Under the pieces are notes generated by a model. The model saw nothing but the letters and a program-made list of their open reading frames with translations, did not search any database and was not told the DNA's origin. The position numbers and the translations under genes are program-made. A DNA stretch of 64,000 nucleotides from Candidatus Omnitrophota bacterium (GTDB lineage Bacteria; Omnitrophota; Omnitrophia; Omnitrophales; Aquincolibacteriaceae), in contig JACPXL010000070.1 in NCBI GenBank assembly GCA_016196555.1, positions 17,918 to 81,917 of the forward strand. The letters are read 5' to 3'. Of the stretch, positions 45,280 through 54,172 are shown one piece after another (the first letter of the stretch is position 1; each line of letters opens with the position of its first letter).

Positions 45280-47052
45280 ATGGGAATTATTCGAGTGTTG
45301 TCGGAAAAAGTGGCTAATAAAATCGCAGCCGGAGAAGTCATTGAACGGCCGGCCTCCATTATTAAAGAGCTGGTGGAAAATTCTCTCGATGCGGGCGCGA
45401 CTTCGGTTGAAATTGAAATCCGGCATGGCGGCAAAAGCCTGATTCGTGTTTCAGATAATGGTTCGGGCATGACGGCCGATGATGCCGAGCTTGCCTTTCA
45501 GCGCCACGCCACCAGCAAAATTTCCAGCGCTGACGATTTGATGTGCATCGAATCCTTCGGGTTTCGCGGCGAAGCCTTGCCAAGCATTGCCGCGGTGTCG
45601 CGAACGACACTTACAACGCGAAGCAAAGGAAAATCTGCGGGCGTCCAAATTTCCTTCGAAGGCGGTGTGATGTCGACGGCCAGAGAAGCGTCCGTGCGCG
45701 AAGGAACCATTGTGGAAGTTCGAGATTTATTTTTCAACACACCTGCGCGGCGGAAATTCATTAAAACCGATTCCACCGAATTGGGGCATATCATGGACAT
45801 GGTTTCACGTCTTGCCCTGGCCCGGCTTGAAGTGCGCTTTCTTTTGAAAGATATGGGGAAGACCATTTATGATTTTCTTCCCGGTGAAAATCTTCTGACC
45901 CGCGCCTGCAAAATTTTGGGCGGCGAACTCAAAAAAGATTTGATGGCTTTTGATACCGAAAAAAACGGCGTTCGCATTTACGGCTTAATCGGCAAGCCGC
46001 GTCTTTCGCGGGCGACAAGGGCCGATCAAATCTTTTTCATCAACCATCGCTGGGTCCGTTCTTCGACTTTAAGCTTCGCTCTCCAGGCGGCTTATCATGG
46101 ACTTCTTATGCATGGACAATATCCTGTGGCTGTTCTTTTTCTGGAAGTGGACTCCGGCCGTGTGGACGTGAATGTTCATCCCACGAAACAAGAAGTGAGA
46201 ATTTCCAATGAGGCCAACATTAAAACTTTTATCAAAGAGGCCATTCGCGAAAAGCTCGATCAAGAAGGGGATTTAGCCCCGGAATTAAAACGCAGCGCCG
46301 CTCCCGCGCCGTTTTTTCCCAAACAATCCTTTACCGCGCGCGAAGCGAAAAATTATTTGCAAACATCCGAATTTTCAACTCAGAAAGCCCTGGCGGTGGC
46401 AGAGCCGGGCGCCTATCTTCAGGAGTTGAAAGAATCCCGGGAATTGCTGGAGCCGATACGGCTCAAGAAATTTTCTATTACCAAAGTGCTGGGTCAAATT
46501 CATCACACTTTTATTGTGGCGGAAACTGAAGAAGGCTTTGTGGTTGTGGACCAGCACGCGGCGCATGAACGCGTGATGTTTGAGGCTTTGCGCAAGGCCC
46601 TGAAATCCAAAAAGCCGGAGCGGCAAAATCTTTTAATGGATGAAATCCTTGAAGTTCATCCCAAGCTCAGGCAGACTCTGATCAAGTCGCTTCCCTTGCT
46701 TGAAAGGCTGGGGTTCGAAATTGAAGAATTCGGCGAAAAAGATTTCGTGATCCGTGCCTACCCGGCGATTTTAAAAGACGAAAATCCGGTGATCGTTTTA
46801 AAGAATTTTTTAGCGGAAAAAGAAGAGGGGAATATCCGGACTTCCGTGGAAGGCCGAGAAGAAGAAGTCGCTGCGCTGATTGCGTGCAAAAGAAAGTCGG
46901 TTAAAGCCCGTGATGTCATGTCGTTTCACGATATGAAGGCGCTTTTGGAAAGCCTGGCTGAATGTGAAAATCCCTTCAATTGTCCGCACGGCCGGCCGTC
47001 TTTTTTTAAACAGTCATTTTCGGATTTGGAAAAGCAGTTTAAAAGGAAATAA
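45280..47052 (+). CDS. mutL: DNA mismatch repair endonuclease MutL
   Basis: SD GGAG lies 6 nt before ATG 45280. GHKL ATPase motifs IAAGEVIERPASIIKELVENSLDAG. Endonuclease motif DQHAAHERVMFE. The track ATG 45253 is the ATGAC tip of the repeat element. Confidence 0.93.
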   Translation: MGIIRVLSEKVANKIAAGEVIERPASIIKELVENSLDAGATSVEIEIRHGGKSLIRVSDNGSGMTADDAELAFQRHATSKISSADDLMCIESFGFRGEALPSIAAVSRTTLTTRSKGKSAGVQISFEGGVMSTAREASVREGTIVEVRDLFFNTPARRKFIKTDSTELGHIMDMVSRLALARLEVRFLLKDMGKTIYDFLPGENLLTRACKILGGELKKDLMAFDTEKNGVRIYGLIGKPRLSRATRADQIFFINHRWVRSSTLSFALQAAYHGLLMHGQYPVAVLFLEVDSGRVDVNVHPTKQEVRISNEANIKTFIKEAIREKLDQEGDLAPELKRSAAPAPFFPKQSFTAREAKNYLQTSEFSTQKALAVAEPGAYLQELKESRELLEPIRLKKFSITKVLGQIHHTFIVAETEEGFVVVDQHAAHERVMFEALRKALKSKKPERQNLLMDEILEVHPKLRQTLIKSLPLLERLGFEIEEFGEKDFVIRAYPAILKDENPVIVLKNFLAEKEEGNIRTSVEGREEEVAALIACKRKSVKARDVMSFHDMKALLESLAECENPFNCPHGRPSFFKQSFSDLEKQFKRK

Positions 47053-47056
47053 TCGA

Positions 47057-47425
47057 ATGCCCAAAAAAATTCTGATTGCCGAAGATGAGCGGGATATCGC
47101 GCAGATGCTGGCGCTTCGTCTGGAAGAGGCTGGTTATGATGTCCTGATTGCCTCAAGCGGTCCGGAAGCAATCGCCCTCACGAAGTCTGGAAAACCTGAT
47201 TTAATTCTCCTCGATTTTACCCTCCCCAAAATGAACGGCGACGTCGTTTGCCGTGAATTAAAATCGGATTCCAACTGCGCCCGTATCCCGATTATTTTGC
47301 TGAGCGCTTATCGGCAGGACCAAATCGATGAGCACCATGAGGCCGATGCTTATTTGGGAAAACCTTATGAGGCCGAAGAATTGCTGGAGAAAATCGGCGA
47401 ACTCCTTTTAAAAACCAAATTGTGA
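47057..47425 (+). CDS. Single-domain response regulator (CheY-like receiver)
   Basis: IAEDERD, acceptor Asp in LILLDFTLPKMNG, ILLSA and GKPY. 122 aa from ATG 47057. Confidence 0.85.
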   Translation: MPKKILIAEDERDIAQMLALRLEEAGYDVLIASSGPEAIALTKSGKPDLILLDFTLPKMNGDVVCRELKSDSNCARIPIILLSAYRQDQIDEHHEADAYLGKPYEAEELLEKIGELLLKTKL

Positions 47426-47440
47426 AAATTTATAATTCCT

Positions 47441-47528
47441 GTCATTGCGAGAAGGCCCGAAGGGCCGACGAAGCAATCTTGGTTTTAAAAACTGGATTGC
47501 TTCACTCACTTCGTTCGTTCGCAATGAC
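47441..47528. repeat. Palindromic REP/MITE-like element, copy 4 (GTCATTGCGAG...CGCAATGAC subtype)
   Basis: gtcattgcgag...cgacgaagcaatc, loop, gattgcttc...cgcaatgac. The arms are nearly identical to copy 2. Confidence 0.8.
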
Positions 47529-48447
47529 ATCTTGGCCGCTTCTCCTATTCCCTTTATGGATGGGTGTTGCTAAAGTTGAAATAGGAGAAAATTATGATTA
47601 CGCGGAAGAATTCGGAAAAATCATCACCCGCGCCTCCATCAAATTGCAGGAAGTGGCCCCCAAACGCCGGTTCAAATTGAAGAGCTGGAATGATTCGCTG
47701 GAAAAAACTGCCCAGGCCGCTTTAGGAATGGCGTCCCGCGAAAAACCCGAAGTGATTCAAGTCCGGCTCGATGAAGCCGTTCAAAATTATGATCAAAATT
47801 CTTTCGCCATTCTGCTCAAAGCTATTTTGGCAAGTTCCCAGCAAAATGGAAAAGAGGCCAATCGGTTTTACGAAGAATTTCTTTTAAAAAGCCGCACCTT
47901 TTCCGAATTTGAACAAACTTTTTTGAAATGGGGCGAATTTTATTTTCTCCGCCGCACGGTTTACGAAATTTTGGCCTCGCGCGGTGTTTCCTTTGCCGGC
48001 CGGGAAAAAGCAATTCATATGCGCACGCCTTATGAACAATTAATCCTTTACGGGACCAAACCCGGCGGATGGGACCGACTCATGAATATTGTTTTTATTG
48101 TGCTTATTCTCGGTGGGGCCGTGGCGCTTGTTTTTTGGGCTTTGGCGGGCGCCCAGTTTTGGGAGGTTGTGCCGAGTGGAATTCTCGGGCTTTACGTGGC
48201 GGTATGGGTTTCTTACGGGACTTGGATTTTTGATTTGGCGTTCGGACTTCCGGGGGGATTGTCGCGTTTTACCGTAGTTCCGATCTTCTTTGGATCTATG
48301 ACGCTACTTTTTGTCATTTCCGTCGTGCGGCATTTTTGGTTAGAACGCCTGCGTCCTCTTGAAACCGGTTATCGCCGTTGTCCTCATTGTCACGCTGTCA
48401 TCGAAATGCTTCTTATTGAATGTTCTTCCTGCCGCCGAAAGATCTGA
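47524..48447 (+). CDS. Hypothetical membrane protein with a C-terminal zinc ribbon
   Basis: Helical soluble domain, about three TM helices (IVFIVLILGGAVALVFWAL, ILGLYVAVWVSYGTWIF, VVPIFFGSMTLLFVISVV), then CPHC-N12-CSSC. The start is uncertain: GTG 47422 reads through the repeat, ATG 47524 is the repeat tip, and ATG 47560 is also possible. Confidence 0.55.
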   Translation: MTSWPLLLFPLWMGVAKVEIGENYDYAEEFGKIITRASIKLQEVAPKRRFKLKSWNDSLEKTAQAALGMASREKPEVIQVRLDEAVQNYDQNSFAILLKAILASSQQNGKEANRFYEEFLLKSRTFSEFEQTFLKWGEFYFLRRTVYEILASRGVSFAGREKAIHMRTPYEQLILYGTKPGGWDRLMNIVFIVLILGGAVALVFWALAGAQFWEVVPSGILGLYVAVWVSYGTWIFDLAFGLPGGLSRFTVVPIFFGSMTLLFVISVVRHFWLERLRPLETGYRRCPHCHAVIEMLLIECSSCRRKI

Positions 48448-48454
48448 AATTACC

Positions 48455-50368
48455 GTGGCCTCTGACAATCACTTTCAGCATTTAAAAAATCTTCTGCGTT
48501 TAGAAGAGGCCGAAGAAATTTCCCAGTTCCGCAAAGAGTTTCTTAATTTGACTCCCGAGGAAAGAGAAAAAAGGGGCAAGGCCCTCTTGCGGCTCAAAAT
48601 TCTTGAATCTCATTACAGCCCCGGCGGCCATCATCTCCTTACCTTCGGATATGCGGACGGGCGGCCCATTCCAATTTATAGTTTTGATACCGGCGATGTC
48701 CTCCAGCTCGCGCGCGAAGGAGATGATTTTTTGAAGCTTCCGCCTGGAACGGTTTATGAAAAATCCAAAGAATCCATTACCGTGGCATTTGATTGGACAA
48801 GGCCCGAGGCTTTGGACCAGGAAGCCCTTTATCATCTCATGCCGTCGCCTTCCAAAGGGACTTACCGAAAAATGTTTGATGCGCTCAAAGAAGTGTCAGA
48901 AGCAAAACACGGCCGCCTGGCTTTTTTCCGCGATTTAACTTTGGGGCTTAAAAAAGCTGCGGAGGGCGATCCTGTCGGAATCGAAAAAATTTCTTTTTTA
49001 AATGCTCATCTCAATCCGTGGCAGAAAGAAGCAGTTCGCAAAGCCCTTGAGGCTCCGGATGTCAGTCTTGTTCACGGTCCGCCGGGAACGGGAAAGACCA
49101 CGGCGCTTATCGAAATTATCCGGCAAGCCGTTGCGCGCGGGGAATTTGTTTTCGCCACAGCGCCCAGTAATACGGCCTGCGATCATTTGCTTGAATGCCT
49201 TGTGGGAGCCGGCCTTGCGGCCCTCCGGCTTGGCCATCCAGCGCGTATTATGGAGCATTTGCGTGATCACACGCTTGATTTTAAATTAATGGGGCATCCC
49301 GATACCAAACGCGTGGAAGAAATGGAATTTGATCTCGAGCGATGCTTTCTTATCCAGGAAAGGCATAAAAACCGCCGCTCGCTAAGTTGGGAAGAAAAAG
49401 AAGACCTCCGAGAAAGAATTAAATACCTCAAAGTGGAAATCCGGGCATTAGAACATTCCATTTTTGAGCGGGTCCTTGCTGAAGCGACGGTCATGGTCGG
49501 CACTTTGACCAGCGCAAAGGATTTTATTTTCGAGAAAAAGCCGTTTGATCTACTTGTGATGGATGAAGCCACGCAAGCGACTGAGCCAAGCTCTTGGATT
49601 CCGCTTATGCGTGCGCGCAAAGTGGTTTTTGCCGGCGATCATTTTCAATTACCTCCGACGGTTCTTTCCAAAGAAGCGGAGGCCGGCGGTCTGGGCATTA
49701 CGCTTTTTGAAAGGCTTTATCCGGCGCTGGATGAAAAATTCAAGACCCTTTTAAAAACTCAATACCGTATGCATGAAAAAATTATGAATTTTTCTTCCAA
49801 AAAATTTTACGGCGGCCAGTTAATTGCAGATGAATCCGTGCGGCTTCACTCGCTTGCCGATTTAACGCATGTGAAGCGCGCACCCGAAACCGAAGAGGTT
49901 TTTCTTTATCTCGACACCGCGGGCAGGGGTTTTGAAGAAATGCTCGAGCCTTCCAGCGAAAGCCGTTACAATCCGGAAGAAGCAAATTTGGTGGTCGAAA
50001 TTCTCAAGCGGCTTTTGGAGCTTAACGTTCGCCCGGAAGAAATCGCAGTTATTAGTCCTTATAGCGCACAAGTCAGGCTTATTTCCAGCAAAGCGGTTTA
50101 TCCCGGCCTTGAAATCGATAGTGTGGACGGTTTTCAGGGGAGGGAAAAAGAAGTGGTCATTCTCTCGCTTGTCCGCTCAAATGTGGAAGGGGAAATGGGG
50201 TTTTTGACCGATGTGCGCCGTATGAACGTGGCGATGACGCGCGCCAAGCGAAAACTTGTTGTCATCGGTGACAGCGCCACGCTTTCTTCAATCGGTTTTT
50301 ACCGGGATTTCATTCAATACGCCGAATCTATCGGCGCCTATCGCAGTTCCTGGGAAATGCTCGCCTAA
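48455..50368 (+). CDS. Superfamily-1B helicase, IGHMBP2/Upf1-like
   Basis: Walker A GPPGTGKT, motif II DEATQA, VDGFQGREKEVVILSLVRSN and RRMNVAMTRAKRKLVVIGD. The N-terminal barrel-type region resembles IGHMBP2. The start is uncertain: GTG 48455, or TTG 48359 with an 89-nt overlap on the upstream gene. Confidence 0.8.
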   Translation: MASDNHFQHLKNLLRLEEAEEISQFRKEFLNLTPEEREKRGKALLRLKILESHYSPGGHHLLTFGYADGRPIPIYSFDTGDVLQLAREGDDFLKLPPGTVYEKSKESITVAFDWTRPEALDQEALYHLMPSPSKGTYRKMFDALKEVSEAKHGRLAFFRDLTLGLKKAAEGDPVGIEKISFLNAHLNPWQKEAVRKALEAPDVSLVHGPPGTGKTTALIEIIRQAVARGEFVFATAPSNTACDHLLECLVGAGLAALRLGHPARIMEHLRDHTLDFKLMGHPDTKRVEEMEFDLERCFLIQERHKNRRSLSWEEKEDLRERIKYLKVEIRALEHSIFERVLAEATVMVGTLTSAKDFIFEKKPFDLLVMDEATQATEPSSWIPLMRARKVVFAGDHFQLPPTVLSKEAEAGGLGITLFERLYPALDEKFKTLLKTQYRMHEKIMNFSSKKFYGGQLIADESVRLHSLADLTHVKRAPETEEVFLYLDTAGRGFEEMLEPSSESRYNPEEANLVVEILKRLLELNVRPEEIAVISPYSAQVRLISSKAVYPGLEIDSVDGFQGREKEVVILSLVRSNVEGEMGFLTDVRRMNVAMTRAKRKLVVIGDSATLSSIGFYRDFIQYAESIGAYRSSWEMLA

Positions 50369-50413
50369 AATCCTTCTCCAGGAAAGGCCCTGTAAGACCG
50401 ATTATAAATTAAG

Positions 50414-52258
50414 GTGGATACTGTCTCTCAAGCTCCAAGCAAATTCTCCAGAACCTTATGCCTTATCGCGGTCCTTTTGACGGGTATTTCCGTCCTCTAT
50501 CTGGGATGGGTGGCTTGCCGTCTTCAAATCGACTATTCCGACAGTTATGAAACGTTTCTGAATGCACGCTCCTTCGCAAACTTGACCGATGAAAATTATA
50601 CTTTTAAGCGCCCGCTTCTCATCAGCTTGCTTTTTTCACCGGTTTTTACAGCGGAAAAGTTTTTACCGGGATTGGACCCCGTGACTACCTGTCATTTGAT
50701 ATCAGTGGGCTTGTTTGGGTTTTTATTGGGAGTGCTCTATCGGCTGTTCCGGCTTGATTTAAGCCGCACAGAAAGTCTGTGTTCTGTTTTTTTGTTTTCT
50801 TTATGCCCGGTCCTGATTCATATGGCGCCGTTTACGAAGGAAGATATTCCCGGGACTCTATTTATCGCAACCGCTTTTTATTTTTATCGGCGCGGCAAAT
50901 CCAAAAAGGCGTTGAAAAATTTTTTGTTCGCAGGACTGTTTATCGCCATAAGTCTGGATACACGCAGGACCATGATTCCCATGGTCTTCACTTTTTTAGG
51001 CCTCTATGAAATTCTCACGCTTACATTAACGAAAGATTTTATTCTGAAAGCATTGGCCCTTGGGCTATTGCCCATCGGCCTTTTTTTTCTTTTTCCGACC
51101 ATCATTTTTCCAATGATCGGTCACGCCCCGGTTTTGGGGGCGGCTGGAAAACTGGTTGAGGAAATGCTTCTTAGTTATAAATTCTTCAAAATCGCTTACG
51201 AACCTCCGATTACAAATTATTTCTTTTTAATGAAGACTGTGAGCGTACCTTTTCTTATTTGCGCCTTGATCGGGTTTGCCGTAAGCGCCTATCGCCGTCT
51301 ACCCGGCACACTTTTTAATGCCTTATGGTTTGCCGTTTTCTTTTTTTTCTTTACTTATGTTTTAAGTCATAAAGAAGCACGTTATCTGTTGGTAGGAATG
51401 CCTCCGGTTTATATTTTTGTAATGCGCGGGTTAAAAGAAATCCACAATTTTTTCAAAGTTGGGATTAAAAACCCGATTTTTTCGAGAGTGGTCCAAGGCC
51501 TCGTCTTTTTATTGTTTTTAGGGATTCCTGTCCATCGTGCTTTTGCCGAACATGCAAAATTTCTTGACCCGGTTTATGGCTCCTATTTCCCAAAGGAAGT
51601 AAGCCGTTACGCGTCGAGCTTGGCGAAAGACAATCATTTGATTACATGGTGCGGGCCCATGTATGCTATCAATCCCAAAGATTATTTTTTTGATCGGTCA
51701 GATAATTTTTTTTATATTTACCATTTTTATTTTCACGTCATGCGTTTCTACACCCAGCGGAAGGTGTGGGGATTGGAGGGAGTGGAAATCACGCCCCGTG
51801 CGCCCGGCCAGAAAGAAATTCTACTGGGACCTCAATTAGGACGTTTTCGAAGGAACGGAGATGTGATGGTGGTTAATCCTGAACCTATGACTTACGAAAC
51901 AAGAAACATGGTCCAAAATCGTATGCCGATGATTGTTCAACGAGTGAGGACCGCTTTGTTTGGTCCCGTTCCGGAAGATGATTTGGGCGGACGGCTTTTT
52001 GAAAGTCAAGAATGGCCGGACGCCAAAATACGGATACAAAAGACTGCCAACGGCTTTCAAGTGGCAGGTGAAAACATTCCTGATGGCCGTTATGAGCTTT
52101 ATCTTGAAGTTGATCAGATTTCTTATCCTTTGGAATTTGCCAGGCTGGAAGTCAAGGAAGGACGTTTTGAGGCCCTTAGGCCGGAAGTCAAAGATGAAAT
52201 CCCTGTCCGAACTCTCTTTCTTTTTTATTACGACTCCGTTCGTGAATTTTCCGTATAA
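50414..52258 (+). CDS. Polytopic membrane protein, GT-C-fold glycosyltransferase-like (ArnT/PMT-like) with a soluble C-terminal domain
   Basis: 614 aa with about 10-12 TM helices, an acidic first loop (DYSDSYE), and a ~200-aa hydrophilic C-terminus. The family call rests on topology only. GTG start. Confidence 0.4.
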   Translation: MDTVSQAPSKFSRTLCLIAVLLTGISVLYLGWVACRLQIDYSDSYETFLNARSFANLTDENYTFKRPLLISLLFSPVFTAEKFLPGLDPVTTCHLISVGLFGFLLGVLYRLFRLDLSRTESLCSVFLFSLCPVLIHMAPFTKEDIPGTLFIATAFYFYRRGKSKKALKNFLFAGLFIAISLDTRRTMIPMVFTFLGLYEILTLTLTKDFILKALALGLLPIGLFFLFPTIIFPMIGHAPVLGAAGKLVEEMLLSYKFFKIAYEPPITNYFFLMKTVSVPFLICALIGFAVSAYRRLPGTLFNALWFAVFFFFFTYVLSHKEARYLLVGMPPVYIFVMRGLKEIHNFFKVGIKNPIFSRVVQGLVFLLFLGIPVHRAFAEHAKFLDPVYGSYFPKEVSRYASSLAKDNHLITWCGPMYAINPKDYFFDRSDNFFYIYHFYFHVMRFYTQRKVWGLEGVEITPRAPGQKEILLGPQLGRFRRNGDVMVVNPEPMTYETRNMVQNRMPMIVQRVRTALFGPVPEDDLGGRLFESQEWPDAKIRIQKTANGFQVAGENIPDGRYELYLEVDQISYPLEFARLEVKEGRFEALRPEVKDEIPVRTLFLFYYDSVREFSV

Positions 52259-52273
52259 TCATAACCTTCAGCC

Positions 52274-54109
52274 ATGAATAAAAAACCTCTTCTAATTTAT
52301 GATGGTGACTGCGGATTCTGCCGGCGCTGGATTGAGCGGTGGCGTTTACTGACAGGTGAAATTGTTGACTACGCTCCCTATCAGGAAGTCGGAGAAAAAT
52401 ATTCCGAAATTTCTACGGAGTCTTTTCAGAAGTCGGTTCAGCTGATTGAGACGGACGGGAATATTTTCTCGGGAGCGGAAGCGGTATTCCGGACCTTATG
52501 GCTGGCTGGAAAATCTCCCTGGCTTTTATGGCTTTATAAAAAATTTCCGATTTTTAAAGGTGTTAGTGAATGGGGTTACCGGCTGGTGGCGGAAAACCGC
52601 AGTTTTTTTTCTCATTTGACCCGGCTTTCATGGGGAGATGACCTTTCTCCATCGGCTTATTTTTATTCCCGGTCTTTGTTTTTAAGAGCGCTCGGCCTGG
52701 TTTATTTTTTTGCCTTTTTCTCGCTTGCCCTGCAAAGCCGGGGACTCTTGGGCGCTAACGGCATTTTGCCCTTTGAGCAATTCTTGAGTTTGGTGACCCA
52801 GCGTTACGGCCTTGAGCGTTACTTGATGCTTCCGACACTTGCCTGGCTTTATCAAGGGGACGCCATGCTCGTTTTTCTGACAGTCGGCGGTGTTTTGTTG
52901 TCCCTTGTCTTGATTGCCGGATTCTGGCCTGCGCCCACTTTATTTCTTCTTTGGTTTTTTTATCTTTCGCTGGTCAATATTGCGCGCGATTTTTTAAGTT
53001 TTCAATGGGACATTCTTCTGCTCGAAGCCGGGTTTATCGCGTTTTTTCTTGCTCCGCGGGTCAGGCATTTGCGCGAAGCCGGCAAAAATTTTGCGCCGCC
53101 CGCCATTTTTGTCTGGCTGATTCAATGGCTTCTTTTTCGATTAAATTTTTCGTCAGGATTTGCCAAGCTTGCAAGCGGAGATCCGAATTGGCGGAATTTA
53201 ACGGCCCTGACTTATCATTATGAAACACAGCCTTTGCCCACCTGGATCGGATGGTTTGCCCATCAGTTACCGGCGAACTTTCACTATTTTTCTGCAGTCG
53301 TGATGTTTGGAATGGAGCTCCTGATTCCTTTTTTGATTTTTTCGCCGCGGCGGCTGCGTTCTTTTGCGGCCGTTTGTTTGATTGGATTTCAAATGCTGAT
53401 TATGCTCACCGGCAATTATTGTTTCTTTAATCTGCTGGCTATTTCGCTTTGCCTTTTTTTGATCGATGATCAAACTTGGCATAAGTTTTTCCCGCGCTTA
53501 CCACTTTTGTCCTCGCCGGAAGTTCAGCGATCATGGCCGGTGTGGCTGGTCAAACCTGTGGGCATATTTCTGATTTTAACTTCCGTGGCGGCCATGTCAA
53601 ACCAACTGCAAATCCCGCTTCCAGGATCCAAAGCCATTGGTGCGGTTTACCGTGTTTTTGCTCCTTTTCATTTGGTCAATCATTATGGATTGTTTGCAGT
53701 GATGACAACAAAAAGGCCGGAAATTATTATTGAGGGTTCGAATGACAAAGAAAATTGGGAGCCTTATGAATTTCGTTATAAAGCGGGAGATTTAAAGACA
53801 AAACCGGGTTTTATTCTCCCACATCAACCCAGGCTGGATTGGCAAATGTGGTTCGCTGCACTGAATAGTTACAAAGCCAATCCCTGGTTTATCCATTTTT
53901 GTGTCCGTTTGCTTAAAGGATCGCCCGACGTTTTGTCCCTTCTCAAGACCAATCCCTTTCCGAATGCGCCCCCGCATTATTTGAGGGCCCGCGTTTACGA
54001 ATACCATTTTACGGATTTAAAGACTCAAAGACAATTTGGGTTTTGGTGGGAGCGCGAGTTGATGGGGCTTTATTGCCCGGTGATGTCCCTTCGTGATACA
54101 AGCCGCTGA
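52274..54109 (+). CDS. Fusion of a DCC-family thiol-disulfide oxidoreductase (DUF393) and a lipase-maturation-factor (LMF1-like) membrane domain
   Basis: N-terminal YDGDCGFCRRW motif. Polytopic middle region. C-terminal PHQPRLDWQMWFAAL and YEYHFT segments characteristic of LMF-family proteins. Confidence 0.7.
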   Translation: MNKKPLLIYDGDCGFCRRWIERWRLLTGEIVDYAPYQEVGEKYSEISTESFQKSVQLIETDGNIFSGAEAVFRTLWLAGKSPWLLWLYKKFPIFKGVSEWGYRLVAENRSFFSHLTRLSWGDDLSPSAYFYSRSLFLRALGLVYFFAFFSLALQSRGLLGANGILPFEQFLSLVTQRYGLERYLMLPTLAWLYQGDAMLVFLTVGGVLLSLVLIAGFWPAPTLFLLWFFYLSLVNIARDFLSFQWDILLLEAGFIAFFLAPRVRHLREAGKNFAPPAIFVWLIQWLLFRLNFSSGFAKLASGDPNWRNLTALTYHYETQPLPTWIGWFAHQLPANFHYFSAVVMFGMELLIPFLIFSPRRLRSFAAVCLIGFQMLIMLTGNYCFFNLLAISLCLFLIDDQTWHKFFPRLPLLSSPEVQRSWPVWLVKPVGIFLILTSVAAMSNQLQIPLPGSKAIGAVYRVFAPFHLVNHYGLFAVMTTKRPEIIIEGSNDKENWEPYEFRYKAGDLKTKPGFILPHQPRLDWQMWFAALNSYKANPWFIHFCVRLLKGSPDVLSLLKTNPFPNAPPHYLRARVYEYHFTDLKTQRQFGFWWERELMGLYCPVMSLRDTSR

Positions 54110-54172
54110 TTGGATCGCCTTTTTTTGATATACTCATTTCGATCGCAGGACAAATAAAAGAAGGGAATTGCA

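Noticed and set aside
48359-48454. TTG 48359 start for the helicase (89-nt overlap with the Zn-ribbon gene)
   Set aside because: The encoded 32 aa (MKPVIAVVLIVTLSSKCFLLNV...) look like out-of-frame read-through of the upstream gene. GTG 48455 gives an N-terminus resembling IGHMBP2-type helicases. Neither start has a convincing SD, so the question stays open.
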